Virus record (IMG/VR): IMGVR_UViG_3300050821_002122
Span: 96,001 to 160,000 of that record
From: a virus
DNA: 64,000 bases
Reading direction: 5' to 3' (one strand)
Numbering within the stretch: position 1 is the stretch's first letter; each line of letters starts with the position of its first letter. Positions 27,311 through 36,749 of this stretch are shown here, in pieces. A model generated the notes under the pieces. It saw nothing but the letters and a program-made list of their open reading frames with translations. It did not search any database and was not told where the DNA came from. The translations under genes were made by a program, and so were the position numbers.

Positions 27311-27993
27311 GAGTAGTTTGGAACGTTTGGGTCTTTGTAAAGAATCTGCTCCAGTGCGTTAGCAGACCTCAGAACATTGAGGTAATCACTCGGAAATTTC
27401 CGACGCAAATTCCACCAGCGCGCACAAATATTTTGCGAGTGAATGAACAACGATCGGTTCAACAAAAGCGGAAGGGGGAACAGAATATAGCGTTGGTGCT
27501 TTTGAGCCACCAGAGTCGCCTTCAGATCGAAGGTGGACCACGTTAGGCGCACTGACTGATCCTCCGCGTCAAAAATCAGATTTACGTAAAGTGGTCGCGA
27601 ACCCGCAAACAGATAAAAGCTACCGCTCACTGGTTCGACTTCCGACTCTACACTAGCTATATTTACTACCGCAGTCAAATCTGGTAGTTGAGCCTGTAGT
27701 TGCCCCAACTTATAAAGTTGACGACAGCCTGGCCAAAGAGAATCAAGTTCTTCCAACCCTTTCACCAATGCCTCATGCTCACCGATGCATGATACAACCA
27801 TCCGTTTGAATCTTTGTGGCAGATATATGTCGATTGGTTTGGCCGTTGTTGCCTCTTGCCATGATCCTTTGTTCCTGTCCACTATGTGGATACCCGTACG
27901 CATGTACGGTACACTTAGGTTGAGGGCAAACGGGTTTATTTTTCCATTGGAGTATAGAACAAGACTTCCATACAGAGTATCAGTGTAGTTCAT
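27307..27993 (-). CDS. Hypothetical protein
   Basis: 228 aa, tiles with overlaps. Confidence 0.6.
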   Translation of the reverse strand: MNYTDTLYGSLVLYSNGKINPFALNLSVPYMRTGIHIVDRNKGSWQEATTAKPIDIYLPQRFKRMVVSCIGEHEALVKGLEELDSLWPGCRQLYKLGQLQAQLPDLTAVVNIASVESEVEPVSGSFYLFAGSRPLYVNLIFDAEDQSVRLTWSTFDLKATLVAQKHQRYILFPLPLLLNRSLFIHSQNICARWWNLRRKFPSDYLNVLRSANALEQILYKDPNVPNYS

Positions 27994-28351
27994 TGGTTGA
28001 CCTGTTATAGTTTAGCCGCATACCACTAAGTTCAGAGCCGTAAGTCAACGCCCAGGCGACTGGATTTGTCAGATCGCAGTCGCCCTCATAAAGCATGGTG
28101 AGCATTTCCCTAACAACGTCTTGAACTTGGATTTCGCTGGCAGCCCAGAATATGAAATTTAGGACTTCATGTTCAAAAATAACGAACCGCGGGCTAGAGG
28201 CACCCGCAGCAAGTGCAACGGTAATACGAGTATTAGCCCACGGGCTAACCAACTCGTCAACGAACAGCATGTAAATCTGTTGGTTCAAATGGTCCGATAT
28301 ATAAATCCTGTCTACCTCTACCTGTTCTATGCTGTAGCGGCTTCCTTGCAT
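27980..28351 (-). CDS. Hypothetical protein
   Basis: 123 aa, tiles. Confidence 0.55.
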   Translation of the reverse strand: MQGSRYSIEQVEVDRIYISDHLNQQIYMLFVDELVSPWANTRITVALAAGASSPRFVIFEHEVLNFIFWAASEIQVQDVVREMLTMLYEGDCDLTNPVAWALTYGSELSGMRLNYNRSTNELH

Positions 28352-31300
28352 TTAGACTCCTTGCCCTTATGAATGTAGATTGGCCGGATAGCTTCTACAA
28401 TCTGCTTGTCCAGGTCGCTCACATTCAGTAGAGGATAATGTTTTTGTAGCCAATGACGGCATTTTTTATTAGCCCAAGGTTTGAAGATTTCTTGTAGCAC
28501 ATCCTGTTCGGTTCTACCATCAGCCAACAGGCCAAGCTCTGCCGCTTCTTTTATAGAAGCCTGTATGCCAGAAACAATACTAGGTAAAGACCAATCCCAC
28601 TTATGAGTAATGTCATCACGCGCCCCAAACTCCAACTCGATCTCAGGCTCTACCGGAAACTTGAAGTTGAATTCACGTTCGTAGGCCTCAGTTACACCGT
28701 AAGTTGCACACCACTGGAGAATATGTGCATATGGAATAACCATAGCATACGGCACCGAATAGTAGTTCGCATCGTGAACGGCTCGATTGTACGGCACACG
28801 TAACGACCATGCGTCATATTCAATACCCAGCAGTTCGCAAATCTGAGGCAAACGTTTGTAATAGTGTTCCATAATGATGCGACCAGCTTTGACGCCAATC
28901 TCGGATGCCCAACCTTGGATTGGGGCATTGGAACCTCTACGCACTTGCTGCGCAATGATCTTCTTATCGCCCGTCATTGCAGCGAATAGGTGACGAATAC
29001 GACCGATTGGCGAGAATACGATGTACAGTTCTTCCGCCATCTTTTTCGTCTTGTTGGTCCAAGCACCAGCCTTCTTGAACTCAGCAAAGATTTTGTCGAT
29101 AAGACCTTGAGCGAACGGTGTGCGATCCTCCGCCAGCAAGTCCTTTAACTTCTTCTCGGCCTCAGCAGCCACCTTAGCAGGTGTCTCTTTGTTGCCAATC
29201 GTTGACATCAGTTCCAGCTTATCACCAGTCTTCGTGTCTTCGCCCAAGGTGGCCGCAGACTTACCGTAAATCAGACCGAAGATAATAGCCTTAATCGCAT
29301 CACGAAGGGGATGGTCTTTATCCACGATCTTGTTTAGCAACCGCTTCACGTTCAGGATATGGATATCACCGCGCAACTTTATATCAGCTAAAGCCTTTAC
29401 ACTTGGATGGCGGTAATCACCATCATCTTCGGCCATTGAATACATACCATCATTTGCGAATTCTGCATGATACTTCTTCGCAGCTTTGACGTAGGCCTTA
29501 TGTGCCAATTCTTGTGAGCCAAAGACACCTAAGTGCTTTACCTTTTTACGTGGACTCGGTTTTATCTGTGCTACCCAACTGCCTGCTTTCGGCCCAGGAT
29601 AAACACCTTTGTAACCAGAGCTAGTTTTTGTGGAATCAGTTCTGCGGTTTCTTGAATTCTCCAACCTAGTTGCTGGTCGTAGATTATTAATGCGATTGTT
29701 AAACGGATTGTTGTCTTTGTGGTCTACTTCAACTGGAAGGTACCCGTAAACCAGCAAAAAGGCTATTCTATGTGCTCTATACAACTCACCATTTAGGGAT
29801 AGGTACCACGAATCTTTACGTTTGGAGCCTGCCACACTTCCTATAGGTGTATTGCGGCTGCGAGCTTGTTTCCAGGTGAATTTTCCACTATCTGGGTCGT
29901 AAATAAACCACTCATCCATGAGTTTTTTTAGGTCTTTATCTTCTTGCGGAATACCAGGGATAGCTATATATGCCTGCCGCAATTTCTGACCAATGCGGAA
30001 AATACCAGCCAGCACATCGTCAAGTCCAACGTAAGACCACACACGTACCTCATGCGCGGAATAATCGTAACGCATGAGCAGATAGCCCTTAGGCGTAATG
30101 AACATGTGCTTGATGATCTTGGCCAATTTACCACGAGATGGAATCGTTTGCAAGCTTGGGTTCTTCGATGCCAGTCGCCCTGTAGCGACATCGAAATACG
30201 AATAGTCGGGTCGCAGATGATGGTCTTCAATACTGTCCGCATTAGAGCGGAGTTTTTTCAGCCAACCCTTAGCATAGGTGCCCAGCAGCTTAGAGAGTTT
30301 CGAGTAATCACCGTAGGCTGCTACGACCTGATTCTTATCCTTGTTGGCGGCAACAAAGGCTTTGTCGACCGACGATTCACCCTGCTTGGTCGTGTTGACC
30401 GGCTCGTAACCCATGACATCGAAGAATAGAGTACGCAAGTGATTACCCTTGCTAAGACTCAATGCCCAATTCAATGCCTTGGCTCTCGCTTTGCCGAACA
30501 GTCCTTTGGTTTTCAAACCGCTCTTAGCAAGTATGATATCGTTTGCCTTCACCGCCTCCGGGAACACACGGAATGCATTGCTGAGATTTTTCATCTCAGT
30601 ACGAAGCGGACTTTCTGTGGAGGTGAGATACTTCAGGTACTTCGCATCTATCAAGGACCCATCTTCGCGCAGGTGACTCAGTTGATGGACGGTATCGGAC
30701 ATTTGGTACTGCATATGACGTACGAAATACTCACCATAAGGCTTACCATCGATCAGCTGGTGATCTGCCATCTTGATCTGTTCTTGGCGCATTGCGAGAA
30801 TCGATACTACGTCCATGGCGGCATAGCGCAAGAAGTGCTTGTCGTTGGGCTTGATGTTACCGCAAGTGTTGCGATCTTCCTTGCTGAACTTCGTAGTCTC
30901 GCGGTAGTAGAAGTCGTTGCGATAGCTGCATAGCACAGCAGCCAAGTTACCTGGCTTTGATCCGAAGTTCGACAGCTCGACGATATTTTCATCGAGGTCA
31001 TGCTCACCCGCGATGATATCCCATGCGCGGTGTAGAATGATTGGTATCTTGAAATAGCGACGTATGACTCGCAGATCGTAGGGACCGTTAAAGAACACAA
31101 ACTCTTTAAGACCCTTCTTTTCTGCCTCACTGAAAAATGCCTTCAGTTCACGGCGTATGTATGCAAGTTCCTCTTTGGTCCACGGTGTCATTGGGTGGCT
31201 CAATGGAAGCACGTACCCGACGTCGGGATTCAATTCGGTGGCGAACTGCATCGTGTAGATTTTATTGAAGTGGACTGAGAGGTCTTTAGTCTCCGTATCC

Positions 31301-31998
31301 AATGCAATAGTCTTCGACTTGCGCAGGCGTACCATCAGCTTGTCGAATAATTCTATGGTGCCGATGTACTTAGGTTTAGGTTCCACGTGACCAATGTCAT
31401 GCGGATGTTTACCCAGCAATAGATTGTTCAAGTGTCTGCACCAGAAGCCCAGCAGATTGGCATACTTACCGTCTTTCTCCAACAATCGGCTGAAGTCCAA
31501 CGTCGATACGACTTTCAACTTCAGATCATGCGACTTGAGGTCATGGACCCATCCGCGCTTGTAGGTATGCTTCTCTACCTGCGGCCACATAGCGTTCATG
31601 GCTTCGTCACCGGAGACCAGTACATGCGTCGGCTGTAGTTTCTCAATAAGCTTGTGCATGTGGGCAGCGAACTCAAGTTCTGCTTGCTTGCGGGCTTTGC
31701 CCTTCAGGTGAAGGTGCCGTTTCTGATTGAAGTTCGCTACTGCGTAAGAAGCCTCGGCTGCACCTTCTTTGTAGGAGCGCACAATACCCCTGGTATACTT
31801 GATCGCGTTCTTGAATGCTGTGTTGACATTGCGGTCTTGAAGCAACCCTCGTGCTTTGAGATCGCGGCCGTCAACCGTTTGTAGGCATACCAGTACGCGC
31901 TTCTTACTTTGCTTCCAGTCAGAGCAACGAGGCATATGCAGATTGTATGCGTCCTCGTCCTCATATGGAAACTTGAATGTGGTCTCAAGCATATGCAC
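28327..31998 (-). CDS. polA: Family A DNA polymerase: UDG-like N-domain, 3'-5' exonuclease, polymerase with in-frame HNH-AP2 insert
   Basis: Exo ALDTET, FNGPYD, YAAMD; TGRLAS..NLQ, motif A DYSAHEVR, motif B RDAIKAIIFGLIYG, NAPIQG, motif C VHDA. Confidence 0.93.
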   Translation of the reverse strand: MHMLETTFKFPYEDEDAYNLHMPRCSDWKQSKKRVLVCLQTVDGRDLKARGLLQDRNVNTAFKNAIKYTRGIVRSYKEGAAEASYAVANFNQKRHLHLKGKARKQAELEFAAHMHKLIEKLQPTHVLVSGDEAMNAMWPQVEKHTYKRGWVHDLKSHDLKLKVVSTLDFSRLLEKDGKYANLLGFWCRHLNNLLLGKHPHDIGHVEPKPKYIGTIELFDKLMVRLRKSKTIALDTETKDLSVHFNKIYTMQFATELNPDVGYVLPLSHPMTPWTKEELAYIRRELKAFFSEAEKKGLKEFVFFNGPYDLRVIRRYFKIPIILHRAWDIIAGEHDLDENIVELSNFGSKPGNLAAVLCSYRNDFYYRETTKFSKEDRNTCGNIKPNDKHFLRYAAMDVVSILAMRQEQIKMADHQLIDGKPYGEYFVRHMQYQMSDTVHQLSHLREDGSLIDAKYLKYLTSTESPLRTEMKNLSNAFRVFPEAVKANDIILAKSGLKTKGLFGKARAKALNWALSLSKGNHLRTLFFDVMGYEPVNTTKQGESSVDKAFVAANKDKNQVVAAYGDYSKLSKLLGTYAKGWLKKLRSNADSIEDHHLRPDYSYFDVATGRLASKNPSLQTIPSRGKLAKIIKHMFITPKGYLLMRYDYSAHEVRVWSYVGLDDVLAGIFRIGQKLRQAYIAIPGIPQEDKDLKKLMDEWFIYDPDSGKFTWKQARSRNTPIGSVAGSKRKDSWYLSLNGELYRAHRIAFLLVYGYLPVEVDHKDNNPFNNRINNLRPATRLENSRNRRTDSTKTSSGYKGVYPGPKAGSWVAQIKPSPRKKVKHLGVFGSQELAHKAYVKAAKKYHAEFANDGMYSMAEDDGDYRHPSVKALADIKLRGDIHILNVKRLLNKIVDKDHPLRDAIKAIIFGLIYGKSAATLGEDTKTGDKLELMSTIGNKETPAKVAAEAEKKLKDLLAEDRTPFAQGLIDKIFAEFKKAGAWTNKTKKMAEELYIVFSPIGRIRHLFAAMTGDKKIIAQQVRRGSNAPIQGWASEIGVKAGRIIMEHYYKRLPQICELLGIEYDAWSLRVPYNRAVHDANYYSVPYAMVIPYAHILQWCATYGVTEAYEREFNFKFPVEPEIELEFGARDDITHKWDWSLPSIVSGIQASIKEAAELGLLADGRTEQDVLQEIFKPWANKKCRHWLQKHYPLLNVSDLDKQIVEAIRPIYIHKGKESKCKEAATA
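29410..29961 (-). mobile_element. HNH-AP2 endonuclease domain inserted in frame in polA
   Basis: YDPDSGKFTW, YRAHRIAF, VDHKDNNPFNNRINNLR, GYKGV, HLGVF, YHAEFA; boundaries approximate. Confidence 0.88.
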
Positions 31999-32018
31999 CT
32001 CTGTGTGATCGATATATC

Positions 32019-32026
32019 TATTTACT
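32019..32026 (-). promoter_or_regulatory. Candidate phage promoter AGTAAATA
   Basis: ~21 nt upstream of polA ATG, just after a terminator. Confidence 0.6.
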
Positions 32027-32039
32027 AGGCCACAATAGG

Positions 32040-32073
32040 AAAAAGCGACTGCTCTTGGTAGAGTCAGTCGCTT
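32040..32073 (-). terminator. Rho-independent terminator
   Basis: AAGCGACTG..CAGTCGCTT stem followed by TTT. Confidence 0.7.
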
Positions 32074-32085
32074 CTTGGTTAGAAT

Positions 32086-32367
32086 CTAGCTTGAGGTTGC
32101 AGGACCTCCCCAATACGTAGCGATAGTCTTGCCGGCCTCATTCATCACATACGCATTCCCGTAGAGAACCAACTTCTCCCGGCGTTCACTGTTGTAATCG
32201 ATGGTCAGCGTTCGTGGATACTTGGTATGAAAATCTCCGAGGTCAGGGTCTTGCGCCTCCATGTTGAACTTGATTTGTGCTGCATCAGGAATTTGGATGA
32301 TACGGAATCCTTTTACAGGATCGGTGTCAGGCAAGTCCTCGTCGGCCATGAGTTTCAGGTATAACAT
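32086..32367 (-). CDS. Hypothetical phage protein
   Basis: GNAYVMNEAGKTIA; GGAG RBS. Confidence 0.6.
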   Translation of the reverse strand: MLYLKLMADEDLPDTDPVKGFRIIQIPDAAQIKFNMEAQDPDLGDFHTKYPRTLTIDYNSERREKLVLYGNAYVMNEAGKTIATYWGGPATSS

Positions 32368-32426
32368 ATAGTTCTCCTAGTAGTGGTAAGTGGCTACAGT
32401 TTCGGTCGATAGCCTTGGACCTGAAC

Positions 32427-32786
32427 TTAGATACGCAGCATCGCCGTAGCGTCACTGAGGCGTTCGGTGATATTCTTGACGCGACACAGAAGGTGCTCAA
32501 GGTCTTGCTCGATTGGAGTCATCGCACGTGAAGGTTCTTCGTTACCACCTACTGCGTCTCTGCTGTCCATCAGCGAGATCGGTGCCAGTCGGTTGACGTG
32601 TTCGATCAGGACCTGTTCAGCATTGTACAACGCTACGCCGATCTCCTCGATGAACTCTTTCGTAGGTGAGATACGCGCCGCCTCAGGAACCTTGGTCAGC
32701 GTGCCAGTGCCAACCCCAGTATTTTGGGAGCCAGTCATAGCAGAACGGATTGAAGTGCCGACGATCATTGTCTTTTTAGATGCCAT
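32427..32786 (-). CDS. Hypothetical helical protein
   Basis: 119 aa, GGAG RBS. Confidence 0.6.
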   Translation of the reverse strand: MASKKTMIVGTSIRSAMTGSQNTGVGTGTLTKVPEAARISPTKEFIEEIGVALYNAEQVLIEHVNRLAPISLMDSRDAVGGNEEPSRAMTPIEQDLEHLLCRVKNITERLSDATAMLRI

Positions 32787-32800
32787 AGTATTCTCCTGAG

Positions 32801-33142
32801 TTAGCCGATGAAGTTACGGCGAATTTGTGCCAGCCAGCGCGTGCGACGCTCGACTTCGCGGCTCATGTTGCGCAGTTGGTTCTGATATCCGGTGGCCGAC
32901 GATGACGTAGGTGGTATTTTCGATTCTTCCTCTTTGCACTCTTCTGACTCATCGAATAAATCTGGATTCACCAACGGCTTAACCGTGGCAGTCAGCAGTT
33001 CGGATTCTGCTCGTAAGTTATCGACAGCTTCGATCAGGTGGTTGAAGTCTGCTTGCAGGGGAGTAAGCGGACCACTGTCTCCTGGGACAACTTCGGGCAA
33101 TTCTGCGACACGTTCTTTTGCTTTGGATTTACGGGTAGTCAT
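32801..33142 (-). CDS. Hypothetical helical protein
   Basis: 113 aa, GGAGG RBS. Confidence 0.6.
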   Translation of the reverse strand: MTTRKSKAKERVAELPEVVPGDSGPLTPLQADFNHLIEAVDNLRAESELLTATVKPLVNPDLFDESEECKEEESKIPPTSSSATGYQNQLRNMSREVERRTRWLAQIRRNFIG

Positions 33143-33534
33143 GATACCTCCTTATAGATGATGCCGACATTTATTTCAGCGCCGACATGGTCATGTGAAA
33201 AATAGAAACGTGGGTACTGCAGGCACAACTCTACATGTATCAAACGTTCTGGTTTGCCGATATAGTGCCGATGCTTGATGAACCTATCACCATTAGTTTG
33301 CATATCGAGTAGAATTGCATTCACCATTGCGTCCAGTATCTGATTCTCGTACATACCTTCAGCGAAAGGGACATCAACGTCAAACCAATTGGTGATCGAT
33401 TGTTTGTTGAAGTATTCGTCTTGTGCCGGATCATGAGGCGGTGCCATCTTGATGACGACGTTCTCGTATTCGATGCCCAAACGTTGGGCAAGCAAGCGGC
33501 CGAAAGCCTCTGCCTCCAGATAACATTTACTCAT
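33139..33534 (-). CDS. Hypothetical protein
   Basis: 131 aa, GAGG RBS. Confidence 0.55.
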   Translation of the reverse strand: MSKCYLEAEAFGRLLAQRLGIEYENVVIKMAPPHDPAQDEYFNKQSITNWFDVDVPFAEGMYENQILDAMVNAILLDMQTNGDRFIKHRHYIGKPERLIHVELCLQYPRFYFSHDHVGAEINVGIIYKEVS

Positions 33535-33543
33535 AGTGACCTC

Positions 33544-33930
33544 TCAGATTACGCCGAGATAACTCTCGATCTCGATGCGCAGATGACCCGCAGGGGATAT
33601 ATAGAACATTGGTAAGCGTGAGTAGAACCACACTGAGGGGTTATGCATTTTGGCCTCAGCATGAGCATGGATACAGTCTGCAATGCGGTCAAGAGTTGCC
33701 TTGACCAAGCGCGTGGTGATGTGGTCTTGCGTCAGATCGTGTATGGTAAACACATGCTGCTCTCTGTAAGCAGGTAGTATTATGAATTTCTTTGGTCCAC
33801 CGATCATTGGTGCAGCGCTCAAGTCCCATGCTGTATTGATAGCGAACAGGTTTGGAACCTGCTTCATAAGCGCAGGCTCTACCTTGCTACGTGCCAACTC
33901 ATATGGATCAAGGGTTATCCAATCATCCAT
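33544..33930 (-). CDS. Hypothetical protein
   Basis: 128 aa, GAGG RBS. Confidence 0.55.
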   Translation of the reverse strand: MDDWITLDPYELARSKVEPALMKQVPNLFAINTAWDLSAAPMIGGPKKFIILPAYREQHVFTIHDLTQDHITTRLVKATLDRIADCIHAHAEAKMHNPSVWFYSRLPMFYISPAGHLRIEIESYLGVI

Positions 33931-34026
33931 GTTATTCCTCGGTCTTCGTTTCTATCACTGTCAGTTCGGCTGTGACCATACCGTTGAGGTTTGCTTTGAT
34001 TGCGTTGGAGACGGTTTCGGGTAAGC

Positions 34027-34353
34027 TCATGATATTCCTTTGAGAGGGTTATTGCTTTCGATATAGATATTTGGTTCAACAAATGCAGGTGCTTGAACTA
34101 CTTCGATGCCTTCGATTAAGAAAGACACCACACTACGATAGACCGACCGCCTGCAATCCGACTTTGCTAGAAAGCATTGGTCTACATTCAGATGCGAATT
34201 CTGATTCAGAAAGAAGTCACCTTTCTTCAAGTCCTTGAAATATGCTGGTACCCAATTATTGTTGTACCAAATTTCTATGCACCTGTCGTTAGGCCCATCC
34301 TGTTCCGTGGACCACACACGGGTTACTACTGCCGTTCTTGTTACTAGGTCCAT
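34027..34353 (-). CDS. Hypothetical protein
   Basis: 108 aa. Confidence 0.55.
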   Translation of the reverse strand: MDLVTRTAVVTRVWSTEQDGPNDRCIEIWYNNNWVPAYFKDLKKGDFFLNQNSHLNVDQCFLAKSDCRRSVYRSVVSFLIEGIEVVQAPAFVEPNIYIESNNPLKGIS

Positions 34354-34390
34354 ATTAATTCCTGATGTGAGTGGATTAACTGTGTTCTAG

Positions 34391-34433
34391 TATTTACTAG
34401 CCGAAGAAAAGGGCTCCCAATCGATGAGAGCCC
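34391..34433 (-). promoter_or_regulatory. Terminator hairpin followed by AGTAAATA motif
   Basis: GGGCTC..GAGCCC-TTTT then AGTAAATA at 34391-34398. Confidence 0.55.
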
Positions 34434-34440
34434 GTTGCCT

Positions 34441-34935
34441 TCATTTCTTTTGCAAGTGTTCGTACATCTTCTTCAGCGAAGACTGCACTATCGCTTTGCC
34501 TTCCTCGGTACGTATGAACGCCGGAAGATGTATGATGTTGTTGGACAGCCATACTTGTTGATCCGGCGTCAAATTATCGCCTATGGCAGAACGTAGTTGA
34601 TCGAAGAAAGCTTTCATTGGAGTTTCCTCTGGAAGAGTAGCGGTCGCTTCTGGGAACGGCGATGGCTCAGTGACAGCCGCAGGCGCAGGGGCAACCGCAT
34701 CTGGAAAAGGAGACGGCGGTGCTGCAATGGCCAGGGGTTGCGCGACTTGTGCAGTGAGGGGAGCGAACCTCTGCATCTCAGACGCGATCATGGCCTTCAT
34801 CGTAGCAGTCATGTCGGTTGTGCCGACTTGACCAAGAGCGGTGTTGTTGAGTTGACCTGCCATGTTCGATACATTGGCCAACTGTGATTGAATACTGGAC
34901 AGCATTTGCTGTATGTGATTAGCATCGTAAGCCAT
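34441..34935 (-). CDS. Hypothetical Q/A/P-rich protein
   Basis: 164 aa, GGAGG RBS. Confidence 0.65.
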   Translation of the reverse strand: MAYDANHIQQMLSSIQSQLANVSNMAGQLNNTALGQVGTTDMTATMKAMIASEMQRFAPLTAQVAQPLAIAAPPSPFPDAVAPAPAAVTEPSPFPEATATLPEETPMKAFFDQLRSAIGDNLTPDQQVWLSNNIIHLPAFIRTEEGKAIVQSSLKKMYEHLQKK

Positions 34936-34955
34936 GATTACCTCCGTTGTAAGGA

Positions 34956-34977
34956 AAGGAGTGGGGCCCCACTCCTT
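34956..34977. repeat. Perfect 22 bp palindrome between two genes
   Basis: AAGGAGTGGGGCCCCACTCCTT. Confidence 0.8.
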
Positions 34978-34986
34978 CGTGTTACG

Positions 34987-36009
34987 TTATGCTACGTTGG
35001 TAGGATTGGCAGTCTGCGGGCCAGTAACGACAGCGCCGCTGTTACCGGCGATAACGTTGCTGTTAGTAGCGTGAGCAACCTGCACCAGGCCACCCAGAGT
35101 CTGGGCGATCTGAGCCAACAGGAAGCCCTGTTGTTGCTGTTGCTGTTGAGCCTGACCTTGTGCTTGTGCCTGAACTGCATTGGCCGTATTGTTGATGCTC
35201 AGACGCATTTCTGCGCCATCGGCGGCACGGCGACCTTCCGATTGCAGTTCGATGACGCGAGCATTCAACTCGTTGATACGGGTCGAATCCTCCAACTGGA
35301 AGCGCGAGAACAGCATGCCGCGCGTCTTGTCGCCATCGTTCTGGATTGCTTCGCGGGTTTGGCAACCCTGGGCCGATACGTTCTGGTTCAGGTTGCAGAT
35401 CGCAGTACCCAACAGAGCGCCGACGTTCTGCACCGTGTCTTTGGTATTTGCGAATGCTTGCTGCGTGCCCAGAGCCAAAGAGGCCAAGTCACGTTCCAGA
35501 GCGATGGTTTGTTGCAGCGTGACGTTGGTCAGGCCAGCAGCGGCGGATGCTACAGCAGCCTGGGTACGGCACTCGGACGCAGGGATCGATGCTTCAATCG
35601 AACCCAGTTTGGCCAGAATTTGTGTGTCGAAGATCGTGTCTTCGATGCGAGTTTCTGCGCGACCGCCTTCACCACCCTCACCACCACGACCACCGCGACG
35701 ACCGTTCATGAATTCACCTGCGAAGAAGCCGAGTGCAGCAGCACCCAGCATGCCGAAACCACCATCACGGCAATCACTGCCGCCTCGACGACCTTCTGCT
35801 GCCAGTGCTGGCAGAACCGATGCCCATATGCCGTCCATGTTGCCTCCTTTGCCGGTATCACCGAAAATGTTCACGTCAACTTTGTCTTTGATGCTGGTAC
35901 CTTCGCTCATGTTATCACCCATTTGGTTGAGTTTAGAAAGGATTGCGTCGGCACGCGCCTGGCTATGGCGCTCATGCGTGGGCAAATCTATCCCGTCAAT
36001 AGGGTCCAT
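34987..36009 (-). CDS. Gly-rich, hydrophobic, coiled-coil, Gln-rich protein of unknown function
   Basis: 340 aa, AAGGAGG RBS, strongly biased codons; GCQTREAIQNDGDKTR motif. Confidence 0.75.
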   Translation of the reverse strand: MDPIDGIDLPTHERHSQARADAILSKLNQMGDNMSEGTSIKDKVDVNIFGDTGKGGNMDGIWASVLPALAAEGRRGGSDCRDGGFGMLGAAALGFFAGEFMNGRRGGRGGEGGEGGRAETRIEDTIFDTQILAKLGSIEASIPASECRTQAAVASAAAGLTNVTLQQTIALERDLASLALGTQQAFANTKDTVQNVGALLGTAICNLNQNVSAQGCQTREAIQNDGDKTRGMLFSRFQLEDSTRINELNARVIELQSEGRRAADGAEMRLSINNTANAVQAQAQGQAQQQQQQQGFLLAQIAQTLGGLVQVAHATNSNVIAGNSGAVVTGPQTANPTNVA

Positions 36010-36428
36010 AAGTTCCTCCTTGTGTCCTATTGATTACGTCTAGCGATGAAAAGGCATCGCCACCTTTTGTCAACGGTGAGAGCCACCGTTAGCTTCGCCG
36101 CGTAGTGCGGCAAAACGAATCGATGGAGAAGGGAGTTGTATATTCTTGTTCTTGGTGAAGAGAGGAGTGTGTAGGGAAACACTGAGGCTGTTTTTAGCCT
36201 ATAGGTATAGGAGAAGGTGGAGGCCTATTTATGGCTCTGGTATAGCGGAGAAGGTGTCGCGGGTAAATCTGAGTATTATGGGAGAATTGCAGACGGTCGT
36301 TGTCGACCTGTAGATATTTGAGAGGAGGTAGAAGCCTATTTATGGCCTGTAGTGTGTGACGCACAGAGAGCGCGTCGATATAATGAGAATAAAATTAAAG
36401 TGAGTTGCCCTGAAGCAACTCACTTGTT

Positions 36429-36749
36429 TCAACGCCTGTTACCTAACACGATATTACGGTTGGCGATATTAATTGCGTTCAAGGCACTAGTCTCACCAAC
36501 CACCACACCTTTGGCAAAAGCATCCTTGATGGCTTGCTCCATCAGGTAAAGAATATGCCAATCGACATTAGGCTTGATGTGATCTTGCACCACGGTAGTA
36601 TCACCAAGCGTAACCGTGAGCCTGATCTTCTGGTCCTCGGCCCGACAATAAGGAGTCAGGTCAAGTTGCAGGCCTGGGCTACTCTTCATCATATCGTCTA
36701 TGCGGGCTTGTACCTCGTCAGTTTTCATTTCAACCTCCCGTGTAGCCAT
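36429..36749 (-). CDS. Hypothetical protein
   Basis: 106 aa. Confidence 0.5.
   Translation of the reverse strand: MATREVEMKTDEVQARIDDMMKSSPGLQLDLTPYCRAEDQKIRLTVTLGDTTVVQDHIKPNVDWHILYLMEQAIKDAFAKGVVVGETSALNAINIANRNIVLGNRR

Noticed and set aside
29410-29961. Intein or group I intron in polA
   Set aside because: No Cys/Ser-1 block, no His-Asn end, no HINT-sized flanks, and no non-coding room or P-Q-R-S motifs; kept as an in-frame endonuclease insertion
34888-36043. 381 aa and 287 aa plus-strand ORFs
   Set aside because: Antisense shadows of the 340 aa gene
36043-36130. preQ1 or other known riboswitch
   Set aside because: Hairpins present but I could not match order or conserved nucleotides to a known class; needs an Rfam scan
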